A program made the translations under genes and the position numbers. From positions 1 through 13,087 of the forward strand of contig JAZBOO010000213.1 of the NCBI GenBank assembly GCA_036351155.1: DNA of 13,087 nt, given 5' to 3'. The notes below the pieces were generated by a model, which worked only from the letters and a program-made list of their open reading frames with translations, was not told where the DNA came from and made no database searches. Below, one piece after another: positions 1 through 7,374 of the stretch (its first letter is position 1; each line of letters begins with the position of its first letter). Source of the DNA: Candidatus Krumholzibacteriia bacterium. Its GTDB lineage: Bacteria; Krumholzibacteriota; Krumholzibacteriia; LZORAL124-64-63.

Positions 1-545
1 ATGGTCTGACCGTCGTCGTCGATGTGGTACCCGATGTGCAGGTCGTTGATCCGCTGCGTGTACTTCCACAGCCCTTCGTTCAGAAGATTCTCGAAGTGGG
101 TGAGGTGTCGGGGCCCCTCCTGGATGGTGCGCGACTGGTCGATCTGCAGCAGGGTCTGGGCCAGGAAAAGTTTGCGGCGGGCCTCGTAGCGCACCCGCTC
201 GTTCTCTCCGTGAAAGGAAAGTCCCATCAATTCCCGCACATCGAGGGTGGCGGCCACCACCGGCGACAGAACCACGGCCGGCCGGCTGTGCTCGGGCAAC
301 AGGGCGATGGTCGAGGCGATGTAGGTGTCGGCCTCGGCCAGATACTCCTGGGCTCGGCTCTGGAGGCGATGGGTGTTGACCTGGCGGCGGTCGGTGTCCA
401 GAGGGTAGAACAGGCGGGTCAGCTCATGGCCGTAGGCCTCGTCGTCACGCATGATGCGGCGGTAGGTCAATCGGTTGAGGTACAGCTGGCGGGTGCTCTG
501 GGAGGCGAAGTCGGGGTCAAGCATGGGATGGGCGGTGAAGTCCAC
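1..545 (-). CDS. Hypothetical protein, N-terminal ~181 aa, truncated at the left edge; weak resemblance to TIGR04552-like proteins
   Basis: Absent from the ORF track because it has no stop in the window. Manual translation from GTG 545 (alternative ATG 524) is open to the edge: VDFTAHPMLDPDFASQSTRQLYLNRLTYRRIMRDD...LDVRELMGLSFHGENERVRYEARRKLFLAQTLLQID...HIGYHIDDDGQT. Third codon positions are GC-rich and GGGGA lies upstream. The 24..701 (+) ORF is its antisense shadow. Confidence 0.8.
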   Translation of the reverse strand, partial: MDFTAHPMLDPDFASQSTRQLYLNRLTYRRIMRDDEAYGHELTRLFYPLDTDRRQVNTHRLQSRAQEYLAEADTYIASTIALLPEHSRPAVVLSPVVAATLDVRELMGLSFHGENERVRYEARRKLFLAQTLLQIDQSRTIQEGPRHLTHFENLLNEGLWKYTQRINDLHIGYHIDDDGQT

Positions 546-563
546 CGCCCATATATCCCCATT

Positions 564-592
564 GTTTTCTCTGCTGATCCGGGAGGCGTCAA
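564..592 (-). promoter_or_regulatory. Candidate sigma-70 promoter for the edge gene
   Basis: Minus strand reads TTGACG-17 nt-GAAAAC; -10 element is weak. Confidence 0.3.
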
Positions 593-652
593 CCCAGCCT
601 TGATACATTGTCGAGGTACCACCTTGGTGCCGGGTAAGGGTTCACGGTCAGG

Positions 653-1837
653 TCAGATCATGTCGAGAACCCGGGCCAGATCGGCTTCAATGTCCTCGTA
701 GGACTCGCAGCCCACCGCAATACGCACCAGGTCATCGGTGATGTCGGCCTTCAAGCGCTCCGCCACCGGAATACCCGCGTGGGTCATGCTGGCCGGGTGC
801 TCGATCAACGATTCGATGCCCCCGAGGCTGACCGCCAGGGCGGGCACTTCCACGTTGTTGATGAGGGTCTTGCCTGCTTCGAGGCCCCCCTTGACGCCGA
901 AGCTCATCACCGCGCCGGGTCCGCGCATCTGGCGCTTGCCCAGGGCGTACTGGGGATGGCTTTCCAGGCCCGGATACCGGATCCAGGTCACCTTCGGGTG
1001 ATTCTCCAGGAAGACGGCCAGTTTCTGGGCATTTTCCATGGCGCGGTCCATGCGCAGTCCCAGGCTCTTGACGCCGCGCAGCACCAGCCACGCCTGATGG
1101 GGATCCATGGTGCCCCCGATATTATAATGGACCTTGCGCAACCTGGCGAGCACATCCGGGTCCTTGGCCACCACCATGCCTGCCACCACGTCCGTATGGC
1201 CGTTGATGAACTTGGTCATGCTGTGCAGGACGATGTCCGCACCCTGCTGCAGGGGGTTCTGCAAGTAGGGGGAGGCGAAGGTGTTGTCCACCACCAGCAA
1301 GGCGCCGTGCTTGTGGGCGATCTCGGCACAGGCCGCGATGTCGGTCATCTTCAGGGTGGGGTTGGCAGGGGTTTCCACGTAGACCAGCTTGGTCTGGTCG
1401 GTCATGGCCGCCTCGACGTTGGCCGGATCGGTGCTGTCCACAAAAGAACTTTTGACCCCGAAGCGAGGATACTCGGTTTCGAGAATCATCCGACTGGGTC
1501 CGTACAGACTCTCGGTGGCCACGATGTGGGTGTCCACGCCCAGGAAGGTCAGGTAGACCATGTTGACGGCGGCCATCCCGGTGGCGGCAGCCAGTCCACC
1601 GCAAGCGCCTTCCAGCTCGGCGATGTTGTTCTCCAGGGCCTCGGTGGTGGGGTTGCCCAGGCGGGTGTACTTGTAGCCGGGCTCACCGCCGAAGCAGGCG
1701 GCCCCATGATCGGCATCCCGGAAAGCGAAGGTCGAGGTCTGGTAAATCGGAGTCGCGACGGCGCCGGTGGCGGGGTCGATATGCTGTCCGGCGTGGATCA
1801 TCTTGGTGTTCAGGCCGCGCTTGCTGATATCTTTCAT
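653..1837 (-). CDS. PLP-dependent Cys/Met metabolism enzyme (methionine gamma-lyase / cystathionine gamma-lyase-synthase family), 394 aa
   Basis: Motifs PIYQTSTF, YTRLGNPT, ATGMAA, ETPANP, VDNTFASP, HSMTKFINGH (PLP lysine) and AVSLGGIESLIEHPASMTH. Start placed at ATG 1837 (MKDISKRG) behind AGGAAAGG. Substrate specificity is uncertain, so no symbol is given. Confidence 0.93.
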   Translation of the reverse strand: MKDISKRGLNTKMIHAGQHIDPATGAVATPIYQTSTFAFRDADHGAACFGGEPGYKYTRLGNPTTEALENNIAELEGACGGLAAATGMAAVNMVYLTFLGVDTHIVATESLYGPSRMILETEYPRFGVKSSFVDSTDPANVEAAMTDQTKLVYVETPANPTLKMTDIAACAEIAHKHGALLVVDNTFASPYLQNPLQQGADIVLHSMTKFINGHTDVVAGMVVAKDPDVLARLRKVHYNIGGTMDPHQAWLVLRGVKSLGLRMDRAMENAQKLAVFLENHPKVTWIRYPGLESHPQYALGKRQMRGPGAVMSFGVKGGLEAGKTLINNVEVPALAVSLGGIESLIEHPASMTHAGIPVAERLKADITDDLVRIAVGCESYEDIEADLARVLDMI

Positions 1838-1931
1838 GACAGTTCGCCTTTCCTGGTCGGGGTGGGGCCTGGCGGCCGGGAAACCCGAACCTCTGAGGTT
1901 TTGGGAGGGCATAGATCTCATGCACTGCTCA

Positions 1932-1960
1932 AATATCGTTCATCACTACATCGTTATCAA
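1932..1960 (-). promoter_or_regulatory. Candidate sigma-70 promoter for the PLP lyase
   Basis: Minus strand reads TTGATA-17 nt-GATATT in an AT-richer patch; it contains two copies of AACGAT. Confidence 0.4.
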
Positions 1961-1989
1961 GGGATGTTTGGCCCTGCCAGGGGCTAAAT

Positions 1990-2005
1990 CCTCCTGAAAA
2001 GGAGG
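1990..2005 (-). terminator. Short hairpin immediately after the glycosyltransferase stop; possible weak terminator
   Basis: CCTCCT-GAAA-AGGAGG (6-bp stem); on the minus strand followed only by ATTT. Confidence 0.35.
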
Positions 2006-2006
2006 G

Positions 2007-3296
2007 TTATTGACCTGTCCTCGCCTTCTCCAGGATGGCCATCAGCCGTTTCATGTGGGCAGTACGGTCGGCATGGTCCACGGCCCACTTGCGGCAGGCG
2101 ACGCCGCGGTCCTTGCTCTGGTCTTGGTGGCTCCTGGTGGCTTCCAGCATGGCCTGGAGCATGGCCTCGGGATCGCCCGGGGCCACCACCCAGCCGGTTC
2201 GCCCTTCCACGATCATCTCCGGAATCCCCCCCATTCTTGTGCCGACCAGAGGAATACCCGAAGCCAATGATTCCAGTGCAGCCATGGGCCCATTTTCATA
2301 CCACCGCGAGGGCATGATGGAAAACCGGGCCCGGCTCAAAGCCAGCCGGAGGCCATCAATGTCAAGGGATCCGAGAACTTCTACCGATTTAAGCCCCAGC
2401 TGGGAAATGCGCGCGAGGAGATTCTGTTCACAAGGGCCAGTCCCGGCGACCAGAAACCGCAAGGGCTTGTCCAGTGTTCCATTCCGATGTCCCCGTTCCC
2501 ACAGGGATAAGGCATCCAGAACGGTCCTGATGCCTTTCTCCCGGGAGATTCTCCCGAAATAGATGAATGCATCCTTCTCTTTGGCTGCGGGAATCTGATC
2601 GGGGTGCCAAAAATCCAGATCCACAAAATTGGGGAGGTGGACGAGCTTGCCTGTCGGATAGCCCCACTGGGCATACTTTTCCTTGTAGAACCCACTCGGA
2701 CACAAGAACACCTTCACGGTCTCCTCGTACATCCTCCGGGTTCTCTGGTGCAACGTTTCCACCGCCGCCAGCAACGAGGCCGCCCGCGACTCCTTCACGC
2801 ACTTGCCCAGCACCGCATTGTGCAGGTGCCCACCCTTGCATTTCTCGCACACCTCGTCTTGCCTCAGCATGTGGATGGCCGGGCACAGCAGGCGCAGGTC
2901 ATGCAAGGTCATGACCACGGGAATCCCGTGGCGGGCCAGTACCGGCAGGATGGAGGGGGTCAGGTGATGGTAGATGTTGTGCAGGTGGGCCACGTCGGGT
3001 CGGGCTTCCTGGATCAGAGCCTCCAGCTTCCTGGCGGCCTCGCGATTCCAGACCAGGCTGGCCGCATCGCCCAGAGCTCCGAGTCCGAACCGTGGCGCAC
3101 TGTAGTCCCGGGCCTTGACAAAGAATCGGTCCCAGGGGGTGGGCCGGGCGTGTTCATCGGCCATGGCGAAGGGAATCACGTCCCATCCCGCGGCGGTCAG
3201 ATCCTCTTCCTCCTGCACCAGATACCGCCCCACGCCGCCGGCAGGTCCGACATCGTGATAGAACTTGTTGATCAAGAGAAGTCGGGGCCTGGCCAT
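2007..3296 (-). CDS. Glycosyltransferase family 4 (GT-B fold), 429 aa
   Basis: N-terminal LLLINKFY...GGVGRY, PDVAHLHN, VVMTLHD, YFGRISREKG and the EX7E motif ENGPMAALE followed by GGIPE. ATG 3296 is preceded by GGAG. Confidence 0.93.
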   Translation of the reverse strand: MARPRLLLINKFYHDVGPAGGVGRYLVQEEEDLTAAGWDVIPFAMADEHARPTPWDRFFVKARDYSAPRFGLGALGDAASLVWNREAARKLEALIQEARPDVAHLHNIYHHLTPSILPVLARHGIPVVMTLHDLRLLCPAIHMLRQDEVCEKCKGGHLHNAVLGKCVKESRAASLLAAVETLHQRTRRMYEETVKVFLCPSGFYKEKYAQWGYPTGKLVHLPNFVDLDFWHPDQIPAAKEKDAFIYFGRISREKGIRTVLDALSLWERGHRNGTLDKPLRFLVAGTGPCEQNLLARISQLGLKSVEVLGSLDIDGLRLALSRARFSIMPSRWYENGPMAALESLASGIPLVGTRMGGIPEMIVEGRTGWVVAPGDPEAMLQAMLEATRSHQDQSKDRGVACRKWAVDHADRTAHMKRLMAILEKARTGQ

Positions 3297-3366
3297 GGGT
3301 GCTCCGTGTGAAGGAGGGAGAACGAGGTCCATTCCCTTCCATCAATAACAATGGGCAAACAACTGG

Positions 3367-3393
3367 TCAACCTTTCCTGTTGCCGAACGATAA
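3367..3393 (+). promoter_or_regulatory. Candidate sigma-28 (FliA/WhiG)-type promoter for the histidine kinase
   Basis: TCAAC-N14-AACGATAA, compared with the TCAAG-N14-GCCGATAA form of the FliA consensus. Confidence 0.4.
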
Positions 3394-3466
3394 CAAGAGG
3401 TGAATCGGAAACCACTTCCGGGATTGCTGATGCCCGGAAGCTCCACCTGACCTGCGCCATCGACCC

Positions 3467-5581
3467 ATGGAGCCCGGAGTGCGAATCTGGAATCGAGCGA
3501 ACCATACCCTGCGCAACCAGGTCCTCTGGCGCATTGTTCCCGGGGTGACCCTGGCTCTGGTTCTGACCATTGCGGTGGGGTGGGGAATCCTGGTCCATGG
3601 CCTCCAGGACAGCATGAAGGCGATGGGGCAACGGCAACTTGATCTCCAGCTGGAGGGTGTGGCCAGCCGCGCCATCGGTGCCAGCCTGACGGCCCAGCCG
3701 GCGGCCACCTGGCGGGAGAGTGATCGTTCCTGGCAGCCTCGGAGCGGCTCCCTTCCCATCGCCCTGGGTTCCTTGACGACCTGGCTCGCCCATCACGACC
3801 GCCAGCTCTCTCCCGATTTTCAGCCGGCCACCTGGGCGGGAGCCCGCAGTCAGGATGATCCCTCTCTGGCCGTGGCCGCGCCGGATCAGAAGATCCTGGT
3901 GTTCCCCCCCGTGCTGGACTCGGGCTCGGACCATGCCCGGGGCTGGCTCCCGGTGCTGGTGACCGACGGCCGGAATCCCCGACGCCAGGGTTCGCTCCAT
4001 GCCTTGCCCCTGAAAGAACTGGTGTCCAGGTGTTCAGACGGTGACGGGCTTTGTCTTCTCGACTCGGCCAACCGCGTGGTGTTTTGTGCCGATGGAAGGG
4101 TTCCTCTGGGGACCCGCATGTCCGGGACTGGCCAGCTGGGAGGGCAACCTTTCCTGGTCAGCCGGGACCAGCGCACGGGCTTGACCGCCCTGTCGGTGCA
4201 GCAATCCACGGCGCTGAATCGGGTCTTCACCCTGGTGGCCATCCTGTCGGCGACAGCAGCGATGACTGTTATCCTGCTCATTGTCCTGGGTGTTCATGCG
4301 GTGGTGGGGCGGGCCTCGCGGCAGATCGCCGACCTGTCTCGCAACATGGAAGCCCTGGCCGCCGGCGATTACAGCGGCCGCATGCCGCGACACCGGCACG
4401 ATGAAATCGGCACCCTGGTGGGGTACTTCAATCTCATGGCCGTCAGTCTGGACGAGGCTCATCGCCAGGTGAATGAAAAGGCCGGCCGCCTGCGTGCCGC
4501 CCTGGAAAACATGCGCATGCTGGACAAGGCCAAGGACAATTTCCTGGTGCTCATTTCCCACGAGGTGCGCACGCCCTTGACGGCCATCATGGGGGGGGTG
4601 GATTTCCTGCGCAAGTCGGTGGAGAATGTCCCCGCTTCCGAAAAGGAAATCCTCGACCGATTGAACGTGGATGAGATCACCAGCATCATCCAGAGCAGCG
4701 GTGAGCGTCTGAGCGGGTTCATGAACGATGCCATCCAGATGACCACCCTCGGTTCATCGGAGTCGCTGCTGCGGCTGCAGCCGGTGGCGGTGCGCGAGGT
4801 CGTGTCCGAATCACTGGCCGCACTGTCCACCCAGATCCAGGAGAAGGCCTTGACCGTTCACAACCACCTGGATGGTGAAGTGGAGTGGGCACTGCTGTGT
4901 GACCCGGGGGTTTTCCAGGTCGGGATGAACAAGGTGATGCACAACGCCGTCCGCCACAATCGACCTTCCGGGGTGATCGTGATCAGGGAAGCTTCCGCCA
5001 TTCCCGGTCTGGGGACAACGAACCAGCTGGTTTCCCTGGAGGGCAGCCGTCGCCTGGAAAACCAGCCCGCCTTCGCCGAATACGAGGACGAGGAGCTCCG
5101 CTGGAAACTGCTGGAAGTCTTCAACACCGGAGAACCCATCCCCGAGCATCGGCGTGCGGCCCTGTTCGGAAAATTCGAGATGGTGGGACCCATGGAAAAC
5201 CACCAGAAGGGTTCGGGCCTCAGCCTCCCCATTGCCAAGGCCGCTTTCGAAAGCCACGGCGGGGGGATCTATCTGCACTGCGATGAATCGGACGGCAATG
5301 CTTTTTTCCTGCTGGTGCCGGTCATCAAGCTTCAGCCCCTGGCTCTGGAACAGTCCCGCCTGGCCGAGAAGCTGTCAGGGGACGAGCAAGGGCAGGGTCA
5401 GGTCGGCACTGCCTGGGACAAAGACATCGGCCAGGTGACTGACTCCGCTGCGTTCGAGGTTGAACTCGCAGATGGTGGCCCCGGCGGCCCGGGCGGCATC
5501 GACCAGCCCGGCGGCGGGATAAACGGCTCCGGCGGTGCCCACGACCAGGAAAAAGTCGCAGTTCCTGGACTCCTCGAATGA
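3467..5581 (+). CDS. Membrane sensor histidine kinase (2 TM, extracytoplasmic sensor, HAMP, HisKA, HATPase_c)
   Basis: Two hydrophobic segments; HAMP (LSRNMEALAAGDYS...DEIGTLVGYFNLM); H-box LISHEVRTPLTAI; N-box VMHNAVRHN; NTGEPIP; LFGKF; GSGLSLPIAKAAFESHGG. True start may be GTG 3479, which has GGAG 6 nt upstream. Confidence 0.92.
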   Translation: MEPGVRIWNRANHTLRNQVLWRIVPGVTLALVLTIAVGWGILVHGLQDSMKAMGQRQLDLQLEGVASRAIGASLTAQPAATWRESDRSWQPRSGSLPIALGSLTTWLAHHDRQLSPDFQPATWAGARSQDDPSLAVAAPDQKILVFPPVLDSGSDHARGWLPVLVTDGRNPRRQGSLHALPLKELVSRCSDGDGLCLLDSANRVVFCADGRVPLGTRMSGTGQLGGQPFLVSRDQRTGLTALSVQQSTALNRVFTLVAILSATAAMTVILLIVLGVHAVVGRASRQIADLSRNMEALAAGDYSGRMPRHRHDEIGTLVGYFNLMAVSLDEAHRQVNEKAGRLRAALENMRMLDKAKDNFLVLISHEVRTPLTAIMGGVDFLRKSVENVPASEKEILDRLNVDEITSIIQSSGERLSGFMNDAIQMTTLGSSESLLRLQPVAVREVVSESLAALSTQIQEKALTVHNHLDGEVEWALLCDPGVFQVGMNKVMHNAVRHNRPSGVIVIREASAIPGLGTTNQLVSLEGSRRLENQPAFAEYEDEELRWKLLEVFNTGEPIPEHRRAALFGKFEMVGPMENHQKGSGLSLPIAKAAFESHGGGIYLHCDESDGNAFFLLVPVIKLQPLALEQSRLAEKLSGDEQGQGQVGTAWDKDIGQVTDSAAFEVELADGGPGGPGGIDQPGGGINGSGGAHDQEKVAVPGLLE

Positions 5582-6115
5582 ACGGCGCATGACCTCCGGG
5601 TCAATCCCCTCACCGAACCAGACCACACCTGGGCGTTCCATGCCCCCACATTTTTCACAGTGCGGCACCTTCTTCAGTGGAAATGTCCGGTCCAGGCGCT
5701 CGCGGCCACACGCGCTGCAACGCACTTTCCAGATCGCCCCGTGAAACTCCAGAACATCGGTGCTGCCGGCTTCCTGGTGGTACCCGTCCACGTTCTGGGT
5801 CACCACCACCACCTGGGCATGGGCTTCCAGGGCGGCCAGGGCCTCGTGGGCGGCGTTGTATCCCGAGGCGGCGATCAGCCCACGGCGCCAGTCGTACCAC
5901 TGCCACACCAGTTCCGGATCACGCGCAAAGGCCTCGGGGGTGGCCAGCTCTTCGGGGCGGTACTGACTCCACAGGCTGTCCTGTGCGCCCCGGAAGGTGG
6001 GAATGCCGCTGGCCGCGGAAATCCCTGCGCCGGTGAAGGCGACCACCCGGGTGGTGGGTGTCAGCGAGGAGGAGATCCTCTGGAGATCCCTGCGTACCTG
6101 GTCGTCGATCGGCAT
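5375..6115 (-). CDS. cobB: NAD-dependent protein deacylase, class III sirtuin, 246 aa
   Basis: GAGISAASGIPTFRG, WYDWRR (YxxR), TQNVDGYH, EFHG, CSAC/CEKC zinc ligands and RPGVVWFGE. ATG 6115 has a GGAGG RBS. Confidence 0.95.
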   Translation of the reverse strand: MPIDDQVRRDLQRISSSLTPTTRVVAFTGAGISAASGIPTFRGAQDSLWSQYRPEELATPEAFARDPELVWQWYDWRRGLIAASGYNAAHEALAALEAHAQVVVVTQNVDGYHQEAGSTDVLEFHGAIWKVRCSACGRERLDRTFPLKKVPHCEKCGGMERPGVVWFGEGIDPEVMRRSFEESRNCDFFLVVGTAGAVYPAAGLVDAARAAGATICEFNLERSGVSHLADVFVPGSADLTLPLLVP

Positions 6116-6131
6116 GGTCCATCCTCCGGGT

Positions 6132-6161
6132 TTGGCATTTGCCACAGCAAGCATATATAGT
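6132..6161 (+). promoter_or_regulatory. Candidate sigma-70 promoter for the peptidase, overlapping a TGGCA-TT-TGCCA palindrome
   Basis: TTGGCA-18 nt-TATAGT in the divergent cobB/peptidase gap; inverted repeat at 6133-6144. Confidence 0.35.
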
Positions 6162-6222
6162 GAGCATACCGTGACCGGAGTGGACCTTCCAGTGCCATCA
6201 CCCTAGCCTGTGAGCTGTTTTT

Positions 6223-7089
6223 GTGCCCACATTCCTGCTGACCCTGCTGATTCTGATCTCGTCCGCTCTGGTCCAGGCGCAGACCTTGCCTGTGGTGCGA
6301 TTCGTGGTGGAAACCGATCACGGTCGAAACGTCGCCGAGCAATGCCGTGAAGTCTGGCTCAGTGAAGGCCCTCGGCTGGTGGAGGATCTGGTGCCGGCAG
6401 GTACACCCTTGGACAGCGTGACCTGCCTGATCATGGAAAGCGCAACCTTCGCCGCACGCTTTGCGGGCACTGCCCCGGACTGGGGTGTGGGGCTGGCCTT
6501 TCCCGGCGGAAGGTTCGTGGCCCTGGATTACCAGCGGTTGCCGGCCGTGGGCCGCGGTGTGCGCGAAGTTTTTCTGCATGAGATGGTCCATGCCCTCCTG
6601 TTCCAGGGTGCGGGGGAGACCTGGCTGCCCACCTGGTTCCATGAAGGCTGTGCCATGCGCTACTCGGGCGAGTGGCGCTTTTCCGACACGGTGTCCCTGG
6701 TTCTCGATGGTCATGTTCCCAGCCTGGACCGGCTGCAGGGGCGATTTCCCGCCTCACCTCTTCCGGCCGATCGCGCCTACCGCACCAGCCTTCTGGCCGT
6801 CAATCGCCTGATTGCCCACCATGGGTCCCGTGCTCCCGGCCGGGTGGTGGAGGCCTCCGTCCGAAACGGAAACTTTTCCCTGGGTTTCGCCGAGGCCACC
6901 GGAGAATCGCTGGACGGGTTCATTGACGACTTTGCCAGCTCCATGCGGTGGCGCCTGGGCTGGCTGGTCATCCTGACCCGGTGGCCCACCCTGTTCGTCA
7001 TCATGGGCCTGGTGTTTCTGGCCGGTGCCGGGCGCAAGTTCGTGCTGGCGCGTCGCCGACTGGCCGAGATGGCCGACGAAGAGGCCTGA
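6223..7089 (+). CDS. Peptidase MA-like (gluzincin-type) zinc metallopeptidase with signal peptide and C-terminal membrane anchor, 288 aa
   Basis: N-terminal hydrophobic signal ending VQA; FLHEMVHALL (HExxH) followed by LPTWFHEGCA (third-ligand Glu); C-terminal hydrophobic helix and then RRRLAEMADEEA. Confidence 0.82.
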   Translation: MPTFLLTLLILISSALVQAQTLPVVRFVVETDHGRNVAEQCREVWLSEGPRLVEDLVPAGTPLDSVTCLIMESATFAARFAGTAPDWGVGLAFPGGRFVALDYQRLPAVGRGVREVFLHEMVHALLFQGAGETWLPTWFHEGCAMRYSGEWRFSDTVSLVLDGHVPSLDRLQGRFPASPLPADRAYRTSLLAVNRLIAHHGSRAPGRVVEASVRNGNFSLGFAEATGESLDGFIDDFASSMRWRLGWLVILTRWPTLFVIMGLVFLAGAGRKFVLARRRLAEMADEEA

Positions 7090-7298
7090 CCCGCCAGCGC
7101 GTACAGGGACATTCTTTCCTCCCCCCTTGCATTTTGCCCGCCGGACAGGGCGGAAAACATTGCCGCCTGACGCCAGGCAGAGGATTGGCCTCTGAACCGC
7201 GTGCCGGCCGGCCGGATGGGCCGTCCCCTTGGCCTGTTTGACCCCAGCATGGCCCATGATTCCCCATGATGGGGTCCTCCCCGCTCCGCCCCGTGCCC

Positions 7299-7314
7299 TG
7301 GCACTCCAGTTGCA
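7299..7314 (+). promoter_or_regulatory. Sigma-54 (RpoN) -24/-12 promoter
   Basis: TGGCAC-TCCAG-TTGCA, an exact TGGCAC-N5-TTGCW match, about 60 nt before the start codon in a ~285-bp intergenic region. Confidence 0.8.
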
Positions 7315-7374
7315 ATTCCTGGAGTAATCAGGGTTCAGAACGGGAAAATCGCAATGGCGAGCTGGAGGACAACG

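Noticed and set aside
1954..2006. SAM-I riboswitch-like fragments (TTATCAAG...GGA...TGGCCC...GGGGCTAAATCC plus a hairpin) next to a methionine-metabolism gene
   Set aside because: They are on the + strand, pointing away from the minus-strand lyase. The stretch is too short and lacks the GCAACC P3 element and the closing AGAU of P1. A cmsearch with RF00162 would settle it.
3353..3395. GGGCAAAC start resembling a c-di-GMP-I (GEMM) riboswitch
   Set aside because: No GNRA-capped P2 stem, no GACGCAAA junction and no tetraloop receptor.
5375..6115. Sir2 domain as an anti-phage defence effector (Thoeris/DSR type)
   Set aside because: It is a canonical stand-alone zinc-binding CobB deacylase with no defence partner genes.
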